From: an uncultured virus (IMG/VR IMGVR_UViG_3300020337_000002)
Lineage: Duplodnaviria > Heunggongvirae > Uroviricota > Caudoviricetes
DNA: 64,000 nt
IMG/VR virus record: IMGVR_UViG_3300020337_000002
Direction: 5' to 3' (one strand)
A program made the translations under genes and the position numbers. Shown piece by piece: positions 21,401 through 28,220 of this stretch (position 1 is its first letter; each line of letters opens with the position of its first letter). The notes beneath the pieces are model-generated. The model did no database searches, was not told the origin of the DNA, and saw only the letters and a list, made by a program, of their open reading frames with translations.

Positions 21401-24216
21401 ATAAGCTGTACTCCGTTAATATAAACGTTTACAGCTCTATTACCAACTGACGTAAGATCAAATGCTGTGTTCAACGCATAATATTGTGTGCTTGGATTCT
21501 GTACAATATGAGTTGATTTTTTAGAACTTAGGTAACCTATCATGTCACTAAAGTAAAACGGCATATCGCTAGTTTTACTGTCGTTAAGTTTTTCCATCAC
21601 TTTATCAAAGTGAATTTTATTTTGTCCATCAAATCCTAAAGTATCTGCTGTCTGTAAAAATAGCTTTCTAAACTTACCGTATTCTCTTTTAGCAAATTGT
21701 ACTGCTTTTATGATGTTAGCATCTTTATTAGTGATATGGTAGTTTGCTAAATTAAAAGGTCCACTATGTTGTAAAAATTTTGTACCATAAGCAGACAAGT
21801 TTCCTAAATCTCTTAGATTACCTGTACCTGGAAAATCACCTACAAAGTCATCACGCATCTCACAGATGCTTTCAACATGGTCATTAACTTCTCCTAGTGT
21901 AAACGATCCAATGTTATTATTAAGTGGATTGCTTTCTAAGTTTGATGCTATTTCATAAACACCATTTGCGTTTTTCTTTGTATCACTTTTTGTTTTAATT
22001 AAAAGTATATCGTCTTTTACTAAAGGTGTAGTAAAAGTAATATACGCAATCTTATTAATTCTGTTAACAGTATAATCTGTAAGAGGTTTTTTACGTTTAT
22101 TGTTTACATAAACTCTTACCCATAAGTCATTTAAGTTACCACTATCTTTATAAACGTCAACTGCAAAATCATTATATTGTGTATCTATGACATACTGTCT
22201 ATTAACTAATTGTTTACTATCTTCATATCCTTTAGTCCAACCTGAAGTATATGTAAATGTAGTTCTATCTGTATATCTTCTTAAAAGACCAACTTCTGTT
22301 TTTGCTGTGGCACTTGCGTTGCTAGTTTGATATGTAAATTCATCCTGTAATAAATTAAAATCAAATACAATATCACCTGTATTTTCTAATGCTCTATATG
22401 TTAAAGGAAAACCTAATACAGCATCGTTAGTTCCTGTACCTTCTTTGTAAGAAAATAATTTAGTTCCTGCAAAGGTTGAGTTAGGATAACTTGTTGTATC
22501 GTTAAAGTCTACTCCATTCTGATCATATAAGTCAAAGGTTGGAGATTGGTTAACTGCTGTTTTGTCTTGTCCAGCTTTCCATTTGGTTCCGTTATAAAAC
22601 CACATCTTTCCTTTATAGTCTGTACCATCTTTGATTAATACAGTTTCATTTAATAAAGGTGTTGTATCTGTTTCTTCTATTAAGCTGATTTGTCTTACAA
22701 AGTTATGTATAATAAATTTAACTTTAAAAATCTTACCTGCGACTCTTGTATCTGGATCAGCAGTAAATAAGATTCTCATTCCGTCAGCAACGTCTACGCC
22801 ATCAATGTTGTAACCTATTGCACCTTCAACAGTTGAAAATACATCAGCTGTAAATGTGTCTAGTAAGTCAACGTCTTGTTTTGCTTCAGTACCAAAGTTC
22901 CATAATTTAAGTGTTGGATCAAATTCAATAATTGGTCTTGTAGCTCTACCTGTTTGATTAATATCACTAGGTTCGTCATTGATTAATGCTGTAGCTTCTA
23001 GTACTGACTTATGAAACCACTTGTTATATCTTGACCAAGAACTTTTACTTGTTGAAGCTCTGTTTTGTACAATATAATCTTTTGTTGTTGCCCAAGCATT
23101 TGCATTACTAAAAGGTGCTCTATCAAACTTTTGACTGTCAAACAGGATTGGCTGATTTGTGCTTACTGTACCAGGTACTTCAATATCTTTTTCGTTAATA
23201 AGTTTTATTTCACTACCCACTCCTTCAACATACCAATTGCCTTCGGCATATTTTGTAGGCGTTACTGTACCTTGGAAGTTTACTTTCATACCGTTTGACA
23301 TTTCATATCCGTTTGTCATTGAGTATGTTTTCTTACCAACTATCTCTGCTTCAACATCAATAGCTGTGTTATCTAAAATATCATAAACTTGTATCAATCC
23401 ACTTGCATTAATATCATTACCATTTACATAATATAATGTATCTGGTGCAAGTACGTCAACTGTAAATTCAATAGTTCCTACGTCTGTTGTATGTGTGCTA
23501 TCGCTAATACCTACACTATAATTGTATGCACTATCTAACGTTCTAGCTGTCTTGATTGACATCGGCATACCTGGGGTATTGATATCAAACTTATACGTTT
23601 GTCCTCTATATAATTTAAGTGTTGGATTCTGTGTTTGTCCATCAGGTGTAAAAAGATATGCTTTATTATCTAAGTTATCTACACTTGTAACTGTATATGT
23701 ACTTGTTAATCCTTTTGCTTGTCCAACAACAGGAATACTTAATGGTCCATTTTCTAACCAGTAGTAATCTCTAAAGTTTGTAAACATATCCCAACAAATA
23801 CTGGGATTCCAAGCATAATACTCTTGACTGAATAATTTACTATCGTTATCAACAGTACCATTAAATGCTTTAACTTGATTTTTTAAATCGTTATAGTCTT
23901 TGTAAAAAGTTACGTTGTTTAACGTATCCTTAACGACTGTTGCAGGTTCTAATTGATAATTTTCTCTTTGTGTGCTAACATCACCTACGTAAGTATCAGA
24001 TGCCTTACGTGCTTTAGCAATTCTTCTACCATAGTAAGAACTAATCTTTTCTGCAACACCTGGATTTAATAACTGGTCAAGTGTAGCACTTAAGAATTTT
24101 TTATTATGTGAAGTCCTAAAATATCTTGGAAGGTGTTCAGCACTGGTCCTAGTGTGGCTAGTGTCTGATGTTCCACCTGGTAAAGGATATTCGTTTTGAT
24201 TATCATCATATGCCAT
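9481..24216 (-). CDS. giant 4911-aa baseplate wedge-associated structural protein (gp7 position)
   Basis: Follows the gp6-like gene; N-terminal HLPRYF..KKFL, FG-GAP-like repeats, NxGxGY repeats and repeated F(T/L)xDG modules. Confidence 0.7.
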   Translation of the reverse strand: MAYDDNQNEYPLPGGTSDTSHTRTSAEHLPRYFRTSHNKKFLSATLDQLLNPGVAEKISSYYGRRIAKARKASDTYVGDVSTQRENYQLEPATVVKDTLNNVTFYKDYNDLKNQVKAFNGTVDNDSKLFSQEYYAWNPSICWDMFTNFRDYYWLENGPLSIPVVGQAKGLTSTYTVTSVDNLDNKAYLFTPDGQTQNPTLKLYRGQTYKFDINTPGMPMSIKTARTLDSAYNYSVGISDSTHTTDVGTIEFTVDVLAPDTLYYVNGNDINASGLIQVYDILDNTAIDVEAEIVGKKTYSMTNGYEMSNGMKVNFQGTVTPTKYAEGNWYVEGVGSEIKLINEKDIEVPGTVSTNQPILFDSQKFDRAPFSNANAWATTKDYIVQNRASTSKSSWSRYNKWFHKSVLEATALINDEPSDINQTGRATRPIIEFDPTLKLWNFGTEAKQDVDLLDTFTADVFSTVEGAIGYNIDGVDVADGMRILFTADPDTRVAGKIFKVKFIIHNFVRQISLIEETDTTPLLNETVLIKDGTDYKGKMWFYNGTKWKAGQDKTAVNQSPTFDLYDQNGVDFNDTTSYPNSTFAGTKLFSYKEGTGTNDAVLGFPLTYRALENTGDIVFDFNLLQDEFTYQTSNASATAKTEVGLLRRYTDRTTFTYTSGWTKGYEDSKQLVNRQYVIDTQYNDFAVDVYKDSGNLNDLWVRVYVNNKRKKPLTDYTVNRINKIAYITFTTPLVKDDILLIKTKSDTKKNANGVYEIASNLESNPLNNNIGSFTLGEVNDHVESICEMRDDFVGDFPGTGNLRDLGNLSAYGTKFLQHSGPFNLANYHITNKDANIIKAVQFAKREYGKFRKLFLQTADTLGFDGQNKIHFDKVMEKLNDSKTSDMPFYFSDMIGYLSSKKSTHIVQNPSTQYYALNTAFDLTSVGNRAVNVYINGVQLIEGTDYIFEANYSGFVTITKTKVIGDTIDIYEYSNTDGSYIPPTPTKLGLYPKFVPQKFSDTTYQTPVNVIQGHDGNIFVAYNDYRDDLLLELEKRIYNNIKVDYDATMVNIHEYIGGETRDTGFTRASRDKALLSEFIEWSNLLGSPDYTDYSFWTRSNSFTYNYSSTNSPSGKQNAGYWRAVYKEAYDTDRPHTHPWEMLGYSLKPTWWDTVYGAAPYTSENKILWKDLEDGVIRIPGQPVTYNSNYARTNLTKHIPVDDGGNLLSPLDSNYAKDYISNRTQNPFVFGDQSPTETAWRRSSEYPFALIIAWMLNQPTKIIGLGYDRARIKRNPAKEVIYSETNKRLRLEDLVFPNTDQDTTRVTTSGLVNYIAEYMNSKTIKYYSQFKTDLKNVTNQLGLKIGGYTEKTKFKLALDSRTPYNEGNVFVPEENYQVFLNKSSVIDLIPYSGVIIEKVAAGFIVRGYNYNNPYFKYYSPVELADDPVARVGGVTESFVTWSSGQSYSPGLIVEFGSQYYMTETQHVAGDNFDQSKFVKLAELPTTGGRTAIFHKQWNEGINDEPLELAYGTMFRTIQGVVDFLLGYERYLNAQGFKFEQYNTEINQVEDWRLSAREFMFWTTQNWAENSVITLSAGANKLCFYKENHVADNIFDNFYGYNMFKADGKKLLQAFVNTYRDNDNYMEITTKNTADGIYAVKIPLIQVEHVVLLDNTTVFKDYIYDLEPGYRQERIKVLGYRTDQWTGGFNIPGFVFDDVKITEWDTWTDYALGDTVKYKEFYYVAKVKVPGSEIFDESSWERLRTKPQSGLIANLDYKAKQFGDFYDLDTDNFDEGQQKVAQHLIGYQKRQYLENIINDDVSQYKFYQGFIQDKGTKNSLTKLFDALSNTTTDSVEFYEEWAVRLGQLGSSQSFDEVEYKLDEAKFRLTPQPVELVSSITGQETDLIYRQRPFETYLKPDGYDHKPFPTKYKDVDYIQTAGYVNSADVKSQVATYDDILALTLTNYNIGDYIWTGTGKSTTSWDVLKYTRTDFQLKSISSDTNAGTTTFALKAGQMATFAADDIIGIIDAPGAEKFYKVKECVLGTIVCYANGVTPDLAEAQDPSANFGFVTHFVSSRVASLEEANTRLVNSQLKVGETIWVDDDSNSRWVVLQNNPTHSQHQVISNVETGDASTNFGKVIACDERNATLMVGASESNKVYVYQRTSDGGQYQHAQTITAPTGLYTGNGKFGTGLALSRDSKWLVVGAPQASNLKTKFSGNFSGSQSYAKGDIVNYQENFWEAQFPISAAQGTLTFNSFYDTADIAEASWNGTAYPNVVYAIRGNYNFNVPTDHMLIRAPTAQYEGSAVGDALVLNWKQYSQNYPNGILPFGSNGPGVAQFEGNKTIASKVDAILYFDNLLRTPVVGETISTATAIGIVDYIHVENVNQATIYIKDSNGQFTDSGSAQIGSVSMGTYVAVNPLNSAASFGGWWKVSGLTAFTSSVKDITTPQFVVQDIITTQESKSPEVYYNTMDDVYALNQITDPTKGGKLGHLSFYNKQGMPDLSPYWFFRGPKAWTDTLTVGDTFKMEVNQIRNSLGTVFDPATLGLNLTYTNQALGHEVYDLWDGYVDVTFTNFDNQGNPFIPQVGDTIVDQTTGAEAYVAYLQEQLLDCRLYIKNKTGAFKFGNLNADTSTIAIKNGVSAGIDRLSGRLDATDQSSNTTGKLVVVRFTDSTQLPVTTPSFRNEVEIQVYNNRTVSGVARTPNYPNPLNKDWIQVSAIKADETGVASSYSNEGVYFVYERMGTGLYSFQHGYTNPQRDNNRNLGTQIEITKSNILDTFYRVFISAPGDGTVSNSGRIHLVNHGTDSDGTVYEWARSKNLNFKGEYDATLSYYTNDIVLYQGSFYEATTNLTPGAFSITYWTLLTSTIDYIGYVPNDTSLTVSDDSTFDKNTLTNYAHPFAISKYGDLIATVADFNDSDPKIIIYRLNNGHYDFSQMITAPATGVGFGTSVSLNDDGDMLAVGAPLDDTRSNDNGKVYLYTSSAGTFTNTQVIYSPENDVAERFGASLDFEGNDLIVSSKGGDLVTSTSFDTLTTTFDNNLTQFESVNADSGQVFMYQKVKNKLLYSEKFNYKNASTERFGEYLLFNENHVYVPMPELSVTDNNYIGTLLDYKSTRGIKPWQELRNPSEQVDLSKFKGVFIYNITSNPKAQTIDYIDPIQGKIAGAAEEELTYKTHYDPAVYTTGTASPSTVIDPENYWADSYVGKLWWDISTAKFVNPYQGNIVYNTANWNRLFTGASIDVYEWVETQLSPTAWTALADTEEGLVKGISGTPRSLTEFTQIQKYDEVSKGFFNKYYYWVKNKKIIPPLEWRKTSAYDVSQLITDPAAQGQKFVAMYSNNRFGLYNCQSLVSGPDNAINFRYWKIDNKDINAHNQYQIISEGLDTSTPNAELERKWYDSLIGVDKNDRPVPDPILSEKQRYGILDRPRQGMFKNRVEALKQTVERANDVLKKNLIVDEYNLTNFLSKDAIPTLLSRKFDKSVTTHAELGFVGISNVIPAVITPVFVNGKLDRLTITNGGKGYTTVPTYTFSNVGNGSGAEVTLEINTAGTVTSATVKNSGSGYATTTGLEIRKYSVLVSVDETVSNKWAIYAYNNLTKIWERTSSSSYDTTNWWDYADWYDTGYSEFTEVDFLVDYSYELEGLSDTIGDIVKISTIGSGGWLLLEKISNDGADYTTKYKTVGRENGTIQLKTALYNPANSNVGYDGLSYDTSFYDDQPTLELRNILTGLRDHIFINTLAVEYNNLFFASMRYAFAEQPSVDWAFKTSFLKAKHNAGDLQQKITFQNDSLPSYEKFVEEAKPYKTKVREYISSYTKTDPTSTGVTDFDMPPAFSVDDGKIVPASLKVKDNLIYGQDANITSYPNKYWADNVGFEVTKVNIKSGGSGYLEVPQIKFSGGGGTGAKATATLGSGGSIKYITVTNPGSGYLSAPTITIDGTQNQSSYSVATITAEIGNSKVRSIHHVSRFDRTTGTFLITTLSQTENFTGTGSQTTFNLKFPMDLRTTQVEITVAGVESLQSEYAVSNIEYTDKSYVRHKGRITFTEPPATGSAIVVKYSKSIDMLQAQDRINLFYSPTTGMLGNDVSQLMDGVDYGGIEVKSFTFGSGTGWSSDPYYTTTWDTYDNTYEDEVFTLDGSTNVFALAKPLENGVVYNVYKNGIRIDDDTWDGSSIGTANNPNAVMLPITGSGQTSVQLDETLIPTVANDVIVIRKASSDGSFIPDPDGYDTLLQGGNLAYESARGIKAEEIVVDGDGFVTPLTSKGPEELVPGQVLDTLDIKVYERTGDGSSVLHSYNYLGDGTNKDFDINYVPMSQKDVWIKVHGTILSDTEFTVDYQNKKIKLTTAPGDQQQVHIITMSNNGEHILDVDQFTGDGSTAQFVTPIKYKSTLSFFLTVDGRTVNVDMAETDATYNVGQGLCVFKMGTAPADNSVIQYAIFDSASKSFSQIATDTFTGDGTNKVFTLAQTPLNQKPLEHNVIVKVGNKILRAGYNQSFNITTANRQYQLRDYQINQAGVGANQVRVFLNGVEQTLTQSWNWDTFNATVNLFADVGVDGDVLDVYVIDNGEYAFGYLDGNGLWVETTDKVYLGTAPANNESVTVYQLTNHDVRKIERMNLDVVTRNPVTVGTDNYAEYHQLTNGIIKLRKAAIDAEYVWITKNGTLLTPSVDYYLQDDKQSIRMVIDVAANDSLELIHFSNSTIVGKFGYRQFKDMLNRTHFKRLGDNVEYTLAENLNWYDTKIFVTNADTLPNPNRDRGIPGIVFIGGERIEYYLKEDGTLRQLRRGTLGTGIKTIHKAGAQVLDQSVYQTVPYKDETRTQTFTADGSTRAVTVDFTPNNVNEFEIFVGGRRLRKNAISSFNPITDLDSPEGDSTLPAEFSVDGVNPVVTLTDTPAINTRITVVRRIGKTWTDSGTPLRLQENDIGRFLRNKEVTLPK

Positions 24217-27200
24217 TAATAACCACTCCCAGAGCTTCCACTATTTGAACTTGAAGAACTTGAAGAACTTGAAGAACTTGAAACTGTTGATGCCGCTGTA
24301 TAACTAGATCCACTTGTAACACCACTTGAAGTAGTAGCTGTTGATGTAAGAACATTTCCTGATGCTTTTAATTTACTTGCCGTAATTGCATCAATAATTG
24401 CTACATCATCAACTGTTGCTCCGCTAACAAAAACTTCATCTGCTTCTGACTTGATTTCGTAAAGACTTCCAAATCCTTGAGAGTCTTGTTTAGGAACAAT
24501 TACAATGTTTACTAGATCAGGTGCAACTTCGTTCATAATATAAGTAGCCATCTCTGAGAAATGAAACGTATCACCGAAATCCCAATTTTCTAAAGCAAAG
24601 TAGCCATTCATTGCTGAAATAACTCTTGCCTTAATATCGTTATCGTTAACAACCTGATCTGGATTCTTAACTATTTTAATATTTGCTTGTACTTGAGCAT
24701 CTGCTTTTGATCCAAATAAAACTTTATATTTTACTGGATGATAAATTACATCATCACTAATAGATTTAATCTTATTAATTTCAGCACCGTAGTTGTTAAA
24801 CAGATTGTCACTGCTAGGTGGTAAAGGTTTATTTACAACCGTACCATCTAGATATCTTCTAAATTCTGTATCATAAGTTCTTGTTAATAAGTAACTGTCA
24901 ATTAAGTTACTTGAACTTGGATCAATTCTGCTGTCATCATCTGCTGAATGAACGTAATGGAATTTAAGTCCACTTCTACCTACGTATGCTTTATAATCAG
25001 TTGTTAATGATAGTGTGCCTGCTGTTGAGCTGTATACTTTAAATACGTCTTCAGTAACTAGATAAAATACCTGTCCATCTGTGTACGTGCTTAATGCACC
25101 AACAAGACTTTCACTTTGTTTTACTAGTACACTACCGGAACTATTATCCATATACTTGTAGTCATCAATACCATCTGATGATGTATATTTTTTCAAGAAA
25201 ACATATTTTGTTAAAGCATTAGTTGTTTCGTCAACTAGTGCAATAAAAGTTTCAGGATCATCTACAACTCCATCAGAGTCTGAATCATAAAAACTTACTT
25301 CAACTTTTTTACTGTCAATGTATCCGTCTCCGTCTCTATATTCTTTAGATATTTCCCATGGATAATCTATTGTAAAAGGACTTGTACTATCTGGTTGCGT
25401 ATTAATACTTAATACTGCAATCTTATCTTTAATAATTTTACCTGTTCTGTTATCAAATATTTTGCTTGTACTATCATAATAGAATCTAATTTCTTCATTA
25501 CTTTCAAAAACGTATCGTTGTGCTCTTGAAGTAACTGTATATTTTTCACCGTCTGTTTCAAATAATACTAACCAACTTGAATCTAATGCTTGATCTGTAA
25601 CATCACCTGTTTTACCTGTGCTAAAATCACTTGAAATATCTAAGTTAGTTGCAGTAATCATTCGCCATTGTCTTAACGCACTATCATATCTTAAACCAAA
25701 TGTTTTATAAGCAAAAATTTGATCTGTAATCTGTGATTGTACATCAGTTAACAACGTTTTACTAAACTTAGGTTTTAGTTCTGACAGGACAGCATTTGTA
25801 GGAATAATATCATTTAGTATAATAGGTCCTGTACCGTCTGTGTTATCAGTTCTTCCATCTCCAGTTACACTTACAACTTTTACCCATTTGTAAGTTATTG
25901 CGTTAGGATGATCTGCATTGCCAAGCATAAGTGCATGACTGTTGTTTGCCATAAAATGATATCCTGTTGGAGCAACAAATTTTAATAGTGTTCCTGGTTC
26001 AATAAACTTTAATGCACTAGCAGTAAAACTTCCTACTTGTAATGATGTACTGTTTGCATCAACAAATGATCCTGTTGATTGATTTGTTGTTGTAGTTTTG
26101 CTTGACCATTTTGCACCCAAGTCAGCAACAAGCGTCTTAGGAAAGTTAGTCAAATAATAATTCAACATCTGCTTCTGGCTTAATATTGGTGTTATAGTGT
26201 TTACTAGAACGCCCTGTACGTCTGTTTTAGTACTAAACGTAAAAGATGTTTTATCTGTGTAAGAGTCTTTATAAATGACGCCGTCAGCACCATATAAGTT
26301 AGTGCTAGAATATTTTCCTGTAGCATCTAATAAATCATAGTATCTTGAAATACCACTTGAAGTTCTGTTTACACTTTTTACTTTAATAATTTCTTGGCTG
26401 ATTCCTAAAGGACTTACTTGATAGTCTTCTCCAGTAACCATTCTGTTCTGTGTGTAATATGTACTTGGAGCATTCTGTCTAATACTTGCATTACTTTCTG
26501 AAATGGTTGCATTGTCAACAGTATATTTTAACTCCAACGAAATTGTAAGTGTTTCTTGATTTCCTGTTTTTGATGTGTAAGGTATTGACACACTGATGTT
26601 AACTAAATCTGCTGGAACAATATTGTATTGATCGTTTACACTTGTTCTATAATATGTTCTAAAGTTTCCTTGTGGTAAGTTACCAAACGTACCATCACTA
26701 AAAATTAAATCAACTGAGTCTTGTGATTTACTTAATACTCCAAAGATATTTCTAACATTTTTTCTTATGCTGTTGTATACAATGTTATTACCTTCTGTTG
26801 AATCAACCTTTGACCAAATTTCGTCCTCAGCCCCAATTGAATTTAATCTGTATAACCAAACATCTGTGTTGTTGATGTTAGTTGCTTCAAGTCCTATTGT
26901 TTGATTCGTGCTAGGAGATGTAATATTAAAAGTACCTGTATCTAATGTACCTTGTCTAAAATGTGAAAAGTATCCTGTGTTAGAACTTCCAGGTCCTCTT
27001 CCGTCATCTCTATATAAAAATCCTAAACTGTTTCCAGGTAGTGGTGCTTCTTCTGATATAACACCGTTATTAACATCTGTCGAAACAACTTGAAATTGTA
27101 AATTCTTTCCGTCAACGTTTTTACTAAAAGTATAAACAGGAACATCTGTATTACTTGCATCAAATCTGTATTGGTATGTTGGTACTCCTTCAACAGTATC

Positions 27201-27728
27201 TTTTTTGATAGGTTTACCTACAATGCTGTTTACTGGCAATGACGCATTTAAAACTTTTTCAAACTGTTCTCTCCAGTTTGTGTTTGCAGGGTCGTTCCAT
27301 AAAACTGTTTGGTTTGATAGGTTAGTACCATTTGAATCAACTATGTCCTCTGATGTACTTACACTTTCAAATTTAAGCAATCCGTTTGCTGTTTGATTAC
27401 GTTTTGGATTGTATGATAAGAGCCTAGCTAAACGTAAAACTGATTCTCTACGTTCAGCTAACTCTAAAAAGTTTTCTCTAGCATTTAAATCTACGCGGAA
27501 AGCAATATTTTGACCTAGGAAAGCTATAAGGTCAATTAATGCAAGGTACTCACTTGATTCAATATAATCGTTAAAATCTTCTGGATAATTTTGTCGTATA
27601 TAGTTGATCATTGTACGACGCAGATTATCAAAGTCATAAGACTTAAATTCTGCATTTCTAAATGACTGATAGACCTTTTTCCAATCTTCAGCTAACAATA
27701 ATCTGTTTTGTCTATTTGTTGACGACAT
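24216..27728 (-). CDS. gp6: baseplate wedge subunit, T4 gp6-like
   Basis: DFDNLR..MINY, F.DY..SS..LIDLIA, ENFLELAERRESV and ES..SIRQNAP..Y.TQNRMVTGEDY motifs; follows gp25. Confidence 0.85.
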   Translation of the reverse strand: MSSTNRQNRLLLAEDWKKVYQSFRNAEFKSYDFDNLRRTMINYIRQNYPEDFNDYIESSEYLALIDLIAFLGQNIAFRVDLNARENFLELAERRESVLRLARLLSYNPKRNQTANGLLKFESVSTSEDIVDSNGTNLSNQTVLWNDPANTNWREQFEKVLNASLPVNSIVGKPIKKDTVEGVPTYQYRFDASNTDVPVYTFSKNVDGKNLQFQVVSTDVNNGVISEEAPLPGNSLGFLYRDDGRGPGSSNTGYFSHFRQGTLDTGTFNITSPSTNQTIGLEATNINNTDVWLYRLNSIGAEDEIWSKVDSTEGNNIVYNSIRKNVRNIFGVLSKSQDSVDLIFSDGTFGNLPQGNFRTYYRTSVNDQYNIVPADLVNISVSIPYTSKTGNQETLTISLELKYTVDNATISESNASIRQNAPSTYYTQNRMVTGEDYQVSPLGISQEIIKVKSVNRTSSGISRYYDLLDATGKYSSTNLYGADGVIYKDSYTDKTSFTFSTKTDVQGVLVNTITPILSQKQMLNYYLTNFPKTLVADLGAKWSSKTTTTNQSTGSFVDANSTSLQVGSFTASALKFIEPGTLLKFVAPTGYHFMANNSHALMLGNADHPNAITYKWVKVVSVTGDGRTDNTDGTGPIILNDIIPTNAVLSELKPKFSKTLLTDVQSQITDQIFAYKTFGLRYDSALRQWRMITATNLDISSDFSTGKTGDVTDQALDSSWLVLFETDGEKYTVTSRAQRYVFESNEEIRFYYDSTSKIFDNRTGKIIKDKIAVLSINTQPDSTSPFTIDYPWEISKEYRDGDGYIDSKKVEVSFYDSDSDGVVDDPETFIALVDETTNALTKYVFLKKYTSSDGIDDYKYMDNSSGSVLVKQSESLVGALSTYTDGQVFYLVTEDVFKVYSSTAGTLSLTTDYKAYVGRSGLKFHYVHSADDDSRIDPSSSNLIDSYLLTRTYDTEFRRYLDGTVVNKPLPPSSDNLFNNYGAEINKIKSISDDVIYHPVKYKVLFGSKADAQVQANIKIVKNPDQVVNDNDIKARVISAMNGYFALENWDFGDTFHFSEMATYIMNEVAPDLVNIVIVPKQDSQGFGSLYEIKSEADEVFVSGATVDDVAIIDAITASKLKASGNVLTSTATTSSGVTSGSSYTAASTVSSSSSSSSSSSSNSGSSGSGY
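24247..24282. repeat. 9-bp tandem repeat (GAACTTGAA)x4 encoding poly-Ser
   Basis: Four exact copies read directly; encodes the Ser run near the gp6 C-terminus. Confidence 0.9.
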
Positions 27729-27747
27729 TTGCTTTCCTTAATATTAC

Positions 27748-27777
27748 TATTTATTGTAATCCGTAAAGTACGTACTT
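27748..27777 (-). promoter_or_regulatory. late promoter with upstream palindrome AAGTACGTACTT
   Basis: Minus strand reads AAGTACGTACTT-N10-AATAAATA upstream of gp6. Confidence 0.65.
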
Positions 27778-28207
27778 AATAAGAGCCTGACTCTTCATCA
27801 AAAGTCAACCTCAGTTTTTCTGAAATATTGTATGGCAAATACATCAGATCAACATCAATTATTATTCCGCTCTCATACGAATCAATTACTATACTTGAAA
27901 CAACTATACGTGGATCGCTGTTTACGACCGTTGTAACGTTCTTTGCAATAACTTCTTTCATATCCTCTGTTAAAGGTTCGTGTATTGCGTCCCATATCAC
28001 TGTTCCAAATTCTGGATTCATCAGCTTCTCACCCTGTCTAATGTGGAAGTGATTCAATAAATCTTGTTTAATAAGTCCTATGTCAAACAGCCTTTTGCTG
28101 TTATTATTAGGATTAACTGTACTTGTACCCTTATAGGCACGATTAGTAGTAACCGGTTGCTGGTTTACTCCTGAAGGTACTGTAATTTTTTTATATAAGT
28201 CTGCCAT
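27776..28207 (-). CDS. gp25: baseplate wedge subunit gp25-like
   Basis: IKQDLLNHF..RQGEKLMNPEFG..IWD..EP...DPRI motif. Confidence 0.9.
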   Translation of the reverse strand: MADLYKKITVPSGVNQQPVTTNRAYKGTSTVNPNNNSKRLFDIGLIKQDLLNHFHIRQGEKLMNPEFGTVIWDAIHEPLTEDMKEVIAKNVTTVVNSDPRIVVSSIVIDSYESGIIIDVDLMYLPYNISEKLRLTFDEESGSY

Positions 28208-28212
28208 AACAA

Positions 28213-28220
28213 TATTTACC
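28213..28220 (-). promoter_or_regulatory. late promoter box (ggTAAATA)
   Basis: Immediately upstream of the gp25 ATG, implying a near-leaderless transcript. Confidence 0.45.
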
